Origin: Octopus vulgaris
Taxonomy: Eukaryota
Assembly (NCBI GenBank): GCA_951406725.2
Contig: OX597815.1
Coordinates: 151,094,001-151,158,000 of the forward strand
Reading direction: 5' to 3'
Length of the DNA stretch: 64,000 bases
Shown: one piece after another, positions 44,138 to 57,106 of the stretch
Numbering within the stretch: the first letter of the stretch is position 1
Layout of the letters: each line of letters starts with the position of its first letter
Position numbers and translations under genes: made by a program
Notes under the pieces: generated by a model
The model's input: the letters and a program-made list of their open reading frames with translations, nothing else
What the model was told of the DNA's origin: nothing
The model's database searches: none

Positions 44138-44443
44138 TACATATATATTAAAGTATATTTATTAATTAATTATTTTATTATTCTAGTTTATTTTTAACCT
44201 GATGAGTGGCTATATTTATATCGAAGTGATTTTACTACTACTATTAATTTTTTTACAATAATCATTTCTTAAATATAGCCACAAAACATTCTACCAATTA
44301 TATACGTTATTATTCTTTTTTTGCAATTTACTTAATCATTGGTATTTTATTATTTTAATTTTAATATTTCTATTATATGTAATTTTCTAGATGGTGTAAT
44401 TTAATTGTTCATTTTGAATTGATTAAAGGTGGTTCTTTCTAAT
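43632..44443 (+). mobile_element. AT-rich Penelope-like insert with ~150 bp inverted repeats and a decayed HHR
   Basis: 43632-43782 is inverted against 44291-44443; CTGATGA at 44199, 13 bp stem II GTGGCTATATTTA/TAAATATAGCCAC, then AAAA (GAAA lost, consistent with CpG decay); TA flanks. Confidence 0.7.
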
Positions 44444-44786
44444 TATTTATATATATATATATTGTGTGAAATTTGATTTAGTATTTCTAAATTGAATTTT
44501 TTTCCTTGTAAGTTAGAATTAATATTCCCTCAAATAATAATTATAATATATATATATATATAAATTAAATAATAAGAGTAGAAATTTAATAAAATAAAAA
44601 ATGTCCTCTAACCGGTAAATTGGCTGCTGAAATTTATTAATTGCAGAGTAATTTCCGGCCTCAGCGTGCCAAAGTGATGACATTTGAAAAATACACCCAA
44701 ATATAATTTGTAGAATTTTATACATGCTCGATTTCAGTTGAGCGTTCTGTATCTAGTTCTGGAAATTGTATTTTGTAAGCGATAGA

Positions 44787-44860
44787 CTACGCTGACGATC
44801 TTGCAGATATCTGCGTGTTTGCATGCGTAGATATTAACAAGTGAAACCATTGGTATGTAG
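44787..44860 (+). ncRNA. Type-I hammerhead ribozyme motif
   Basis: Stem I CTACG/TGTAG; CTGACGA; stem II CTTG/CAAG with an inner hairpin; GAAA; stem III CCA-T-TGG; GUA site. Confidence 0.75.
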
Positions 44861-45469
44861 GTAATCGTTTGTTATTTCATATATTTTCATTTGTTTTGCT
44901 CATTTTTACATTTTGGTGTTTTGCTGAGATTTTTCTTGAGAACACATTCTTCGTGGTAATGGCAATTTGACATCTATGTTTAGCATATTAGGTGTCCACT
45001 TTAGTGGTCATTCCTCTTAATTTTGTATATATATATAAACATATATACACAATGGGTTTCTCTTTCAGTTTCTGTTTACCAAATCCATTCACCAGGCTTT
45101 TGTTGGCCCAGTGTATTAGTAGTAGACAGAAGACACTTGCCCATGGTTCCGCACAATAGGACAAAACCTGAGACCATGTAGTTGGGAAGCAAACTGAATA
45201 TTATACAATCACATATATGTAAATACATACACAAAGCAAAGAGATGAGAGGGCTGAGTAAATGAGAGATAAATGTGCTGAAACACACAGCACCACTGTCC
45301 AGCTGAGGAATTTAAATTTGAACCACAATCTTATGATTGTGAGCTTGATATACAAACCACCGGACCATACTCCTTACATATACACGCATGCACGCACACA
45401 CACACACAAACACACAAATGCATTCATCTTCATCATTTAACATCTGTCATGCATATATATATATGGCAT

Positions 45470-45898
45470 GTAACAAACACCATCCGATCGTGGCCGTTCG
45501 CCAGCCTTGTCTGGCACCTGTGTCGGTGGCACATAAAAAACACCATCCGAGCGTGGCCATCTGCCAGCCTCGTCTGGCACCTGTGTCGGTGGCACATAAA
45601 AAACACCATCCGAGCGTGGCCGTCTGCCAGCTTCGTCTGGCACCTGTGTCAGTGGCACATAAAAAACACCATCCGAACGTGGCCGTCTGCCAGCCTCGTC
45701 TGGCACCTGTGTCAGTGGCACATAAAATCACCCACTACATTCTCGGAGTGGTTGGCGTTAGGAAAGGCATCCAGCTGTAGAAACACTGCCAGATCTGACT
45801 GGCCTGGTGCAGCCTTCGGGCTTGCCAGACCCCAGTTGAACCGTCCAACCCATGCTAGCATGGAAAGCGGACGTTAAACGATGATGATGATGATGATG
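45470..45898 (+). mobile_element. Family C element with four 63 bp tandem units and (GAT)n tail
   Basis: AAACACCATCCGAGCGTGGCC..GGTGGCACATAAA x4 (21-aa periodicity in the ORF track). Confidence 0.88.
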
Positions 45899-45899
45899 T

Positions 45900-46245
45900 G
45901 TCGGAGGAGACCCCCTTCGGTCACAAATGACTATGGGATTGCACCTAGAAAGTTACCCTCCCAGGCACAAGTCCGGGCAAAGTTGTTTATGGAAGACCAG
46001 CAGTTGACCATGCATACCAGCCTCCCCTCTCCATGCCACCAGTGTTATCTACAGGAAAGGCAACAGCAGATACAGCTTGGCACCTGTGACGTCACAACTC
46101 ATTTCTACAGCTGAGTGAACTGGAGCAACATGAAATAAAGTGTCTTGCTCAAAAACACAACACGCAGCCCGGTCCGGTATTCGAACTCACTACCTCATGG
46201 TTGTAAGTTCGACGCTCTAACCACTGAGCCATGCGCCTTCACACC
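45900..46245 (-). mobile_element. tRNA-derived SINE family E, full length
   Basis: TGGCTCAGTGG A box and GAGTTCGAATACC B box, then TTGAGCAAGACACTTTA..CACTCAGCTG central block. Confidence 0.85.
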
Positions 46246-46603
46246 TATACATACATATATCCATAGCATATTGAGATGCATACACCCATGTATTTACCTA
46301 CACACACACATTCATACGTAGACACACACAAACATACATACACTGCACCCATGGATTATGCATATATACACTGTAAATACACACATATATATTTATCCGT
46401 CTCTGTGTATATATATAATATATACACATACACACATACGTTACGTCCACGCATTATTAATATATACACATTATATTTTTGTACACATGCAACTAATGCG
46501 AGTGGAACATGATAAATATGCTGATATACACATATACATATAGTAGACACACAAACAACACACACATACATACATACATACATACATACAGCATGCAGAC
46601 ACA

Positions 46604-46644
<41 letters not shown>

Positions 46645-47628
46645 ACAGACACATATACATATAGTACACAGACACATATATATATATAGTATACAGACAC
46701 ATATATATATAGTACACAGACACACACAAACACACACACACACACACGTATAACAGTTATGACATTCTTTATGGTGAAAAAAGTTATCAATAAAATTTGA
46801 TCTGGAAACATTTAGTGTAAATTCAAAAAAAAAAGGAAAAGTATTTAAAAAAAAAATTTTTTTCTTTTAATATAAAAAAAATTACACAATAAAATAACAT
46901 TAATTTATTGATAAGACAATTTTTTTTAAATGATTTTTTTAATAATTCTATTGAGGTTAATGTAGCTGATGGTTTTGTTTTTAAAGCTTCAAATTTTTTT
47001 TTTTCAAAATCATGTTTACAAGACAGGTGTTGGTGGTGGTGGTAGTGGTCATGGTGGTGGTGGTGGTGGTGATGGTGGTTGTAGCAATGTTTTTGTTTGT
47101 TTGCTTGCTTATTTTTTTTATGGTGGTGGTAGTGGTGGTGATGGTTCTGGTATTATTTAATTAATTTTGCATAAATTAACTTGTCATTAATTAACTTGTC
47201 CACTAAACTAGAAACATCGGACTTCGTACACCTAGCAACACGGACACGCATGCAGGGGAGAACGCAACCACACAGACATGTGTGCTCAGAAGCATACACA
47301 CACATACTCAGACACACACACACACAGAGGCACATATATGTGTGCATGCTTACATATACATACACACATACACAAACGTGCACTCATATCCCCCCACACT
47401 ACACACACACACATTTACACACACAACACACACATGTATATCTGCACTTGCTGGCTTACATGTACATACACTGGTATACACATATTTACACACCCACGAT
47501 ATGTGCACTTGCACAAATACACACACACACACTGGCATATGCACATTAGTATACACACGCACACATACACAACACTGGTATGCGTGCTCATTTTCCTACA
47601 CACACACTCACTGGCAAATACACGTATT

Positions 47629-47663
<35 letters not shown>

Positions 47664-47894
47664 TGGCATACACACACATTTGTATACACACACACACACA
47701 TATGCAACACTGATATGCGTGCTCATTTTCACACACACATTTATATACACATGCACATACACACACATATAAACACACACACACACACATTTGTATACAC
47801 ACGCACACATACACAACTCTGATATGCGTGCTCACTTTCAAAGACGCACTCACTCACACACAGACATAATCACATGTGCACTTATTTGTAGACT

Positions 47895-48300
47895 TATACT
47901 CTTTACTCTTTTACTAGTTTCAGTCATTTGACTGTGGCCATGCTGGAGCACCACCTTTAGTCGAAAAAAATCAACCCCAAGACTTATTCTTTGTAAGCCT
48001 AGTACTTATTCTATCGGTCTCTTTTTGCCGAACTGCTAAGTTACGGGGACGTAAACACACCAGCATCGGTTGTCAAGCGATGTTGGGGGGACAAACACAC
48101 ACACATATATATATATATATGTATATGCATATATACGACAGGCTTCTTCCAGTTTCCGTCTGCCAAATCCACTCACAAGGTTTTGGTCAGCCCGAGGCTA
48201 TAGTAGAAGACACTTGCCCAAGGTGCCCCGCAGTGGAACTGAACCCGGAATCATGTGGTTGGTAAGCAAGCTACTTACCACACAGCTACTTCCGCGCCTA
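47895..48300 (-). mobile_element. SINE family A, full length
   Basis: Head, body and tail as at 26770-27160. Confidence 0.88.
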
Positions 48301-48734
48301 CATATATACATTGACATACCCAAATACATGTTCTCACTTGCAAGCACATACACACACATGCACACACATATGGACACTTGTTTGCAGTGACAAACGCACA
48401 TTCCTACATACATACATACATACATATATATATATACACACATACACACACATATATATATACACACACATACATACACACATAGACACACATACATATA
48501 CACACATACACACACACATACTCAGACACACATAAACACACACACATATAGACACACACACACACATAAACACACATACATATACGCACTTACATACACA
48601 TACATAAGTACACTTATTTGCAGTTACAAACGCACATTCATACATATATATATATACACACACATATATGTATATACACACATACATACATACACACATA
48701 TACACACATACATATATATGCACACATACATATG

Positions 48735-48788
<54 letters not shown>

Positions 48789-49374
48789 CACCTCTATAAT
48801 CTTAATGTCTGACACCTGGTGATTTAAATAGTAATAAATTTGCTAAGATTTTCTTTTCTTTACTTCTCATTATCGCTACAGTAAGTCTCTAAATGTTGCT
48901 GCTGCAGCTGCTCCTGCTGCTGTTGCTGCTGCTACTGCTGCTGCTGCTGCTGCTACAACAGTTGTTGCTGTTGTTGCTGTTTATGCCCTTGATCTGTGGT
49001 GCAGCTATTGTTGTTCATAGTGGTGGTAGTGGCGGTGGTAGTAGTGATGGTGGTACATTTGTAGTTGTTTAACCGCAGGTCAGCCTTCATCAAACAGGCC
49101 TGTGATCAAACAGGCTTCCCAACCATGACCACTCCATCTTGTTCATGTAGAACCTACATTATTCAATATCGTATTCAGCTTTTCCACGTCTGAGGATATG
49201 ATTTAAGAAAGACCCAGCTGCTATTTCTAGCACATTGAGCAACTTAGCATATTGGCCACCTTGTCATTGCCTACTGAGTTATTTAACGCCAAGTCAGATT
49301 TGATCAAAATGACCACATGCTCAAAGACATTCCTAACATGACTACCTCACCTCATTAACATTAGGATTTTTATT

Positions 49375-49768
49375 CTTTTATTCTTTTATTTGTTTCAGTC
49401 ATTTGACTGCGGCCATGCTGAGCACTGCCTTTAGTCGAGCAAATCGACCCCAGGACTTATTCTTTGTAAGCCTAGAACTTATTTTATCGGTCTTCCTTGC
49501 CAAACCGCTAAGTGACAGGGACATAAACACACCAGCATCATTTGTCAAGTGATGTTGGGTGGACAAACACAGACATGTACACACGCACATACACATGTAT
49601 ACATATGACAGGCTTCTTTCAGTTTCCATCTACCAAATCCACTCACAAGGCTTTGGCAGGCACGAGGCTTTAATAGAAGACACTTGCCCAAAGGGCCACA
49701 CAGTGGGACTGAACCCGGAACCGTGTGGTTGGTAGGCAAGCTACTTACCACACAGCCACTCCTGCGTA
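49375..49768 (-). mobile_element. SINE family A, full length
   Basis: Head, body and tail as at 26770-27160. Confidence 0.88.
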
Positions 49769-50231
49769 TATATATGATTCAAAGAAAGCTTGGCTACTAT
49801 TTCTAGCAAATTGAGTGACATTTCTTCATAATTTTAGCTGTTATTTTTTACAGCATTATAACTATTGTTGTTGTTGTTGCTACACAGGCGTTTGTTGTTG
49901 TTATTGTTATTATAATTCATATTTGTATAAGTGTATTCTCACTAGTAATCTTGCTGGTAATGTTTGTCTTTTCAGGTGTTCTGGTTGTTGTATTTGCTGT
50001 TATTGTGCATTGCCATTAGTTGCTGCTGTTGTTGTTCTTATTATTCTTCTTCTCAATGTTGTTACTATACACAGCTGTTTTATTCTACATTTTAATCAAA
50101 ACCTAATGATAAACCATTAAATCATATTTTCTTAATAAAAAAATCTTAAAAAACGCAAAAAACATAACCTCCACTGTGTATATTTACAAAATATTTGGTG
50201 TGTGTGTATGTGTATATATATATATATATAT

Positions 50232-50491
50232 ATCATCATCATCATCATCATCGTTTAACATCTGTTCTCCATGCTAGCATGGGTTGGACGGTTCGATGGG
50301 GATCTGGGAAGCCAGAAGGCTGCACCAGGCTCCAGTCTTATCTGGCAATGTTTCTACAGCTGGATGCCCTTCCTAACGCCAACCACTCCGTGAGTGTAGT
50401 GGGTGCTTTTTACGTGCCACCTGCACAGGTGCCAGGCGAGGCTGGCAACGGCCACAGTCGGATTGGTGCATTTTACGTGCCACCGGCACAT

Positions 50492-50554
<63 letters not shown>

Positions 50555-51780
50555 TCATCATCATCATCGTTTAACGTCCATTTTCCATGCTGGCATGGGT
50601 TGGACGGTTTGACTGAGGTCTGGAGAGCCAGTGGCTGCACCAGGCTCCAATCTGGTCTGGCAATGTTTCTACAGTCTGTGGGTACTGGCATCGGCCATGA
50701 TCAGTTGGTGTTTTTTACATGCCACTAGCATGGGAGCCAGTCAGGCAGACCTAGCATGTATTACATTCGGATGGAGCTTTTTACATGCCACCGGCATGGA
50801 GCCAGTCAGGCAGGCCTGGCATCAATCACATTCAGATGGTACTTTTTTTACATGCCACCGGCACGAGAGCCAGTCAAGGGGTACTGGCATCAGTCACATT
50901 CAGACGGTGCTTTTTTTACATGTCACCGGCATGAGAGCCAGTGAGTGGGTACTGGTATCAGTCACGATCAGTTGGTTCTTTCTACGTTTCACCGGCACGG
51001 GTGCCAGTCAGGCAGGCCTGGCATCGACCACATTCGGATGGTGCTTTTTATATTATTAATGTTTGTTTTTATATTCAGTTATAATAAAAACAATTTTATA
51101 TTAATCTGGTGGGTTACTCTATATTTTTGTAGAGTATAAATTTATCATTCGTTAACAAAAATATCAGCCACTCATGCATTAATTTGACAAGCAAGTTGTT
51201 CTGTTGACTGGATCAGTTGGAAACCTTGTCATAGTAACTGATGGAGTGGCATTTGTTTTTGTGTCTTTTCTAATACATCCACATCATCATCATCATCATT
51301 GTTTAACGTCCACTTTCCAAGCTGGCATGGGTTGGACGATTTGACTGAGGACTAATGAGTCAGGGGCTGCACCAGGCTCAATCTAATCTGACAAAGTTCC
51401 TACAGCTGGATGCCCTTCCTAACGCCAACCACTCCGAGAGTGTAATGGGTGCTTTTACATGCCACCAGCACGAGGGCCAGTCAGGCTGTTCTGGCAACGA
51501 CTACGCTCAAAAGGTGTTTTTTAACATGCTACCTGCACAGGAGCCAGTCCAGCAGCATTGGCAACAACCATGCTCGAATGCTGTTTTTCACATACCACCA
51601 GCATATGTGCCGGTAAGGTGTTGCTGGCAATGATTCCGCTCAAATGATGCTTTTTTCAAGCCACTGGCATGGGAGTCAATCCATGGCCCTGGCAACGATC
51701 ATGCATGGATGTGCTTTTAACGTTCCACTGGCACAAGTGCCAATCAGGCAGTACTGTCATCGGCTACGTCAGTGATCCAC
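50232..51780 (-). mobile_element. Three family C copies
   Basis: (CAT)n tails at ~50232, 50555 and 51285, with internal ~62 bp repeats. Confidence 0.8.
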
Positions 51781-51946
51781 ATTTTGTAGAATATGAAGAA
51801 TTGTCTTTTGGTATCAATACTGTTCCATTGCTAATATTTATTTTTTAATAAGTCTGCTGGATTTTTGTGACATCAGTGATTGAAAAGTTACTGTTATTCT
51901 CTATATTGTTGACAGTGAGATTTGGCTGGAATATGGGGATGAATAC

Positions 51947-51992
51947 CTGCCACTGAGGAAGCACTGTACTCTGAAATCATATGATCTGGCAG
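51947..51992 (+). ncRNA. Minimal type-I hammerhead ribozyme motif
   Basis: Perfect 6 bp stem I CTGCCA/TGGCAG; CTGAGGA; weak stem II AG/CT; GAAA; palindromic ATCATATGAT stem III; AUC site. Confidence 0.75.
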
Positions 51993-52759
51993 TTCCGGCA
52001 CCAATACCAGACGATTATTGTCTATGCACTTAACATCATACGTCTATAGGGGAGAACCCCTTGAAGTGCAAACCAGAGTATTGGACACTCAAATAATATA
52101 TCCACTAAGTTATATGATACAAGTACCTGACTAAGATAAGTTAACTAGTCAATCTAACAAAACAAAACTATAAAGGAGTGTTCCAGCATGGCCACAGCTC
52201 TATCAATGAAACCAATAAAAGGAAGCTAAACAATACGAGAATTTATTTTATTTTTATTTTTATTTTTATTTCTTCTCTGCTAAATTTTTCCCAAAAATTT
52301 TTAGTTTTTTGCCAAACATCTGAGATGATGATTTCCCATCAGAGGAGTGACAGCCATCTCAGCTTGGTGAGACAGCAATAAATCTCTTACAGACTGATTT
52401 TCTGCCAAACTACATTCTATGTATATGACTTTGATACACCAAAAAAACTATTCTTTCGACAATAACCGACACCATAAATAGTAATAATAGTAACAACAAT
52501 AACAACAGCTAAAGTAACAACAAAAATAACAACAGCAGCCACCCCAGCCAACCCCATTCTGCTTATTGTTCTGAAGTTTATGGCCCTGGTAATTCTGGTG
52601 ATGAAGCATTACAAAGGAACCATTTAGGGAAATGGTCAACAGACTAATGTGAGAGCATAAAGGGCAAATGAATATATACGCATAACCTTTTCACCATCCA
52701 ACACAAGATCACCTCCTCTAATGCCTCCTTCCTTCTCAGAAGTTTTTGTCTAGCAAGTA

Positions 52760-53162
52760 CTTGGTGACCCTGTCAGTGCATGTGCCACTTAAAAACACCC
52801 AGTCTACACTGTAAAATGGGTGGCGTTCAGAAGGGCATCCAGCTATAAAAACCTTGCCAAAAGAGACCTCGCCTGTGCTTGTGCCACATAAAAAGCACTA
52901 AGTCCACTTTGATGAGTGGTTGGTGTTAGGAAGGGCATCTAGCTGCAAAAAACTTGCCAAAAGAGACCTCACCTGTGCTTATGCCATGTAAAAAGTACTA
53001 GATCCACTCTGTTGGGAGGTTGGTGTTAGGAAAAGCATCCAGCTGTAAAAATCCTGCCAAAACAGTCACAGAAGCCTGGTGCAGGCTTCGGCCTGGCAGA
53101 CTCTTACAAAACCATCCCACCCATGCTAGCAAGGAGGTTGGACGTTAAACGATGATGATGAT
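52760..53162 (+). mobile_element. Family C variant with three ~90 bp internal repeats
   Basis: GGTTGGTGTTAGGAAGGGCATC.AGCTG..AAA..CTTGCCAAAA-like unit occurs three times; (GAT)n tail. Confidence 0.75.
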
Positions 53163-53201
53163 AACAACACATGCACACACGCACGCGCACACACATGCAC
53201 G

Positions 53202-53248
<47 letters not shown>

Positions 53249-53383
53249 CATTATCATAATCATCACCATTTAACATCCATTTACCATGAATTGAGCAGTT
53301 TGACAGGAGACAGCAAGCCAAAGGGCTATGCTCATCTCCACCACCTGCTTTGGTATGGTTTCTGGGGCTAAATTGCCTTACTT

Positions 53384-53416
<33 letters not shown>

Positions 53417-53699
53417 CGCGTGTGTGTGTGTGCCTGTGCATGTGTGCATGCAAACACACATGCATGCACACATTCAGTCTTATATAAGACAGTAGGATAT
53501 GATTTGAGAGAAAATTGGCTGCTATATCTAGCAGCTTCAGCAATCACAGAGAGGTTCGGTAATTAATTTGACAGTGTACTGTGGTCAAGAAAGGTCAACA
53601 AAGCAATGATTAAAATAATCACAGCTAATGTGAAGGCCAAAATGGAAAAATGGACATTAAATGACGATAATGATGATGACGACAACGACAACGAGGATA

Positions 53700-53865
53700 C
53701 ACAACAGGCTTCTTTCAAGTTCATTCTACCAAATCCAATCATAAAACTTTGGTCAGCCTGAGGCCAGAGAGAAGATGCTTGCGCAAGGTGCCACGCAGTG
53801 GGACTGAACCCAGAGCCATGCGGTTGGGAAGCAAACTTCTTACCACACAGTCATAGCCTGCACCT
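53700..53865 (-). mobile_element. SINE family A, 5' part
   Basis: Similarity to other copies. Confidence 0.75.
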
Positions 53866-55380
53866 ATTACTACAGGCTCTACCTTTCTTCCTGATTGAAA
53901 AAAAATTTTTTTAAATACCCACTGACCACCCCAAGTTTTTTTTTTCTTTCTTTTAATCTTTTCTTCCAGTCACTGATATGCATTTATTCAAGATGAGCAT
54001 CAATCACTTGCAGATTGCTCTCCCTGGTCTTGAGGGTACTTGCAAAGGCCATGGGTGCAATCAGAGTTTAAAGAAAGCCAAACAGACTTTAAATAACCTC
54101 AAAACCAAAAGAGCTAGTGAGAGAGGAAGAGAAGAAAGACTAAATACTATTAAATATTTATTCCGAAAACAGTCTACTGTTAAACAGACAGGTTATTGAG
54201 ATCATTAATTATGATGTAACTTTTGACTTAACTCATAGCAAAAACAAAACAAAATGAAAAAAAACAATTAAAAGCTAAACAGAAATGATTTTTAAAAATT
54301 CATCTTGAATCTAAATGCAAAAATAATTCTGGCTTCAGTTTTTAGAAAAGAAAAAAAAACCTCCCCACAGGGTTTCAAATTACACAAGTCCTTTTCTAAA
54401 GAAATCAATTTCCAATCTCCAAAGAAGAAAGAAAATATTATTATGATTATTGTTATTCATCATAATCATCATCGTTATTATTGTTTTTGTTGTTGTTATA
54501 AAATAAACTTGCTTTAAAAAAAGAATCAATTTTCTATTTTAACTTTTTTTAAAATTTTCATTTATTTATATGTGTGTGTGTGGGTGAGTGTGTGTATACG
54601 ACTGTGTGTGAGTGTGTGTGTTATAAGTTTCCAACCAAGAATCAATTTTAACGTGTGTAGATGTGCACACATTTAAGAGGAATATGCACACATCAAGACA
54701 GGCACATACACAACCACCCTCCCCCCCCACACACACACACATAAATATTATATGCAGCAGGTACAAGAACACAGCCACACATACATTCACTGTTTAGCTG
54801 GTATATGCACACATCCACACACACACACACACACAATGTTTTGCAGCAGCATGCACATAGTCATACGCCCTCACCACACATGCACACATACACACACACA
54901 TACAAACACTATTTTGCAGCAGCATGCACAGTCATACGCCCCACCACAATCACACATTCACACACACACACACACATAAGCACAATTTTGTAGCAGCATG
55001 CACAGTCATATGCCCCCACCACACATGTGCACATACACACAAATACGCTTTGCAGTAGCATGCACAGTCATACGTACCCACCACACATGCGCATACACAC
55101 ACACAAACACATTTTGCAGCAGACATATGCCCCCACTACACACACACACACGACACATAGCAGGTGTATGCACAATGGCACAAAGACACAAGCATGCACG
55201 CACACACCCAATTATGTACAATGTTTAGCTGGTGCCAAATTCCAAATGTGTGCATGTTTGGCAAATTTGGAGCCGAAGCAGAAAATGAAAGATGACAAAT
55301 GAGGAGCTAAAAAATAGAAAACAAAAAATTTCAGTTTCTAAAGAAATGATAAAAAATTTGGTAAAATTAAAATTTGTCTT

Positions 55381-55717
55381 TACAGAGATGTACTTGCATA
55401 GCAAGTGACCTGATCTGAGATCATGTGCTGGAATGAAAACAATTGCAGTGTGGAAGGTGTTTATAAGCCATTTAAGAAACAGAAAAACGTTGTTAGATTC
55501 ACTTCAACATTTAAATTTAATTTGCCAAAATAGTTTTGTTGCTTTGAGACCGTGACCTGTTCACTGACAATATTCCGTGCTGCATCTCAGTGAACAGGTT
55601 GCGGTCTCAAAGCGATGAAAATATTTTGGCAAATTAAATTTAAATGTTGTAGTGAATCTAACGGATTTTGTGTGTTTCTTAAATAGCTTATAAACACCTT
55701 TCACATTGCAATTGTTT
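55381..55717. mobile_element. Penelope-like inverted pLTR pair with a variant HHR core
   Basis: Arms 55437-55567 and 55587-55717 with a 19 bp spacer; each arm carries GTGAACA-G-stem II-(G/A)AAA-..TATT-T-TGGCAA. Confidence 0.7.
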
Positions 55718-55744
55718 AAAATTTATCTTTCATCTTTAATTTGT

Positions 55745-55958
55745 TTCTTTTCTACTCTAGGCACAAGGCCAGAAATTTGGGGGGTAGGGAGCAAATCGAT
55801 TAGATCAACCCCACTACGCAACTGGTACTTAATTTATCGACCCGAGAGGATGAAAGAGTTGATCTTGGTGGAATTTGAACTCAGAACATAAAGACAGACG
55901 AAATACCGCTAAGCATTTTGCCCAGCATGCTAACGTTTCTGTCAGCTTGCCACCTTTC
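55745..55958 (-). mobile_element. SINE family B
   Basis: Family B block. Confidence 0.8.
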
Positions 55959-56487
55959 ATCATCATCATCATCGTTTAACGTTCGTTTTCCATGCTAGCA
56001 TGGGTTGGACGATTCGACTGGGTGCTGGGCCCAAATATTCTTTTCTACTCTAGGTACAAGGCCCGAAATTTATAGGGAGGGGGTCAGTCGAAACAAGTAA
56101 AAGAGTAAACTAATGAATAAGGTGAATATTTATAATGAATTTGCCATTTTCGATGGATGCTTGTTTAGCACACACCTAGCACACCTGGAATATATGCCCT
56201 AGTGCAATGCATGCACCTATAGATGAGCATATATTCATTAGTGTGCACATGTGTAGGGAAGAGTTATTTTTTCAAGCATTATTTTAAAAGCATAATTAGG
56301 TTTAAGATATATGCTTAAATTAAATGGCTGTGTGGTAAGAAGCTTGCTTCCCAACCATACAGTTCCGGGTTCAGTTCCACTGTGTGGCACCATGGGCAAA
56401 TGTCTTCTACTCTAGCCTCGGATCGACCAAAGCTTTGTGAGTGGATTTGGTGGACGGAAACTGAAAGAGCTTGTCATGTGTGTATAT

Positions 56488-56920
56488 ATCACCTTGATCA
56501 CCTTGACCGACCAGTCCGTCAGGCGTCCATTTGACACCGCTGGTCACAGCACGCTGTCCACTCCTCTGTGGATCACGCCTTTCTCATCCACGTGATCCCA
56601 ATCGTCCTCCTGAAATCGTAACTCCACCGTCGTGGAGGTCTTCCGGGTGGCATCGACTGGCAAGGTGGTGTCAACATCAATGGTGAGCTCTTCACTCACC
56701 TCCGTTTCGCTGACGACATCGTACTCATCGCTGAAAACATGGATCAGCTTCCGACCATGCTGACGGAGCTCGACATCAAAAGTTCTGCAGTAGGTCTCAA
56801 GATGAACCGCATGAAAACAAAGTTCATGCGGTCAGCCAATGTACCAACAGGTCGAATGGTGATCGGCAGTGATGAAATAGAGGAGGTGAGGGAATATGAC
56901 TACCTGAGAAAGGAAGTAAA

Positions 56921-56921
<1 letters not shown>
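56488..56921. mobile_element. RTE-clade LINE fragment with 5' inversion
   Basis: 56488-56651 minus: PPGRPPRRWSYDF..W.RKA C-terminus and (CAAGGTGAT)2 tail. 56652-56921 plus: INGELFTHLRFADDIVLIA..GLKMNRMKTKFM..YDYL. Confidence 0.85.
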
Positions 56922-56977
<56 letters not shown>

Positions 56978-57073
56978 TATCCAAACATGAAAACACAAAG
57001 AGAAAACATAACAACGCGAGGATGTGGAACAAGTATAGTGTTATTGGACGCTCAGGAAAGGAAAGAAAGAGAA

Positions 57074-57106
57074 TTTAACGTTTCGAGTAGAGCTCTTCAT
57101 CAGAAA
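57074..57106 (-). ncRNA. Minimal hammerhead ribozyme motif in a Penelope-like tail (56973-57185)
   Basis: TTT-CTGATGA-A-GAG-CTCTA-CTC-GAAA-CG-TT-AAA; palindromic AACGTT stem III. Confidence 0.7.

Noticed and set aside
45470-45728. CRISPR-like regular repeats (also 41645-41930)
   Set aside because: Contiguous tandem units without unique spacers, no cas genes, eukaryotic context.
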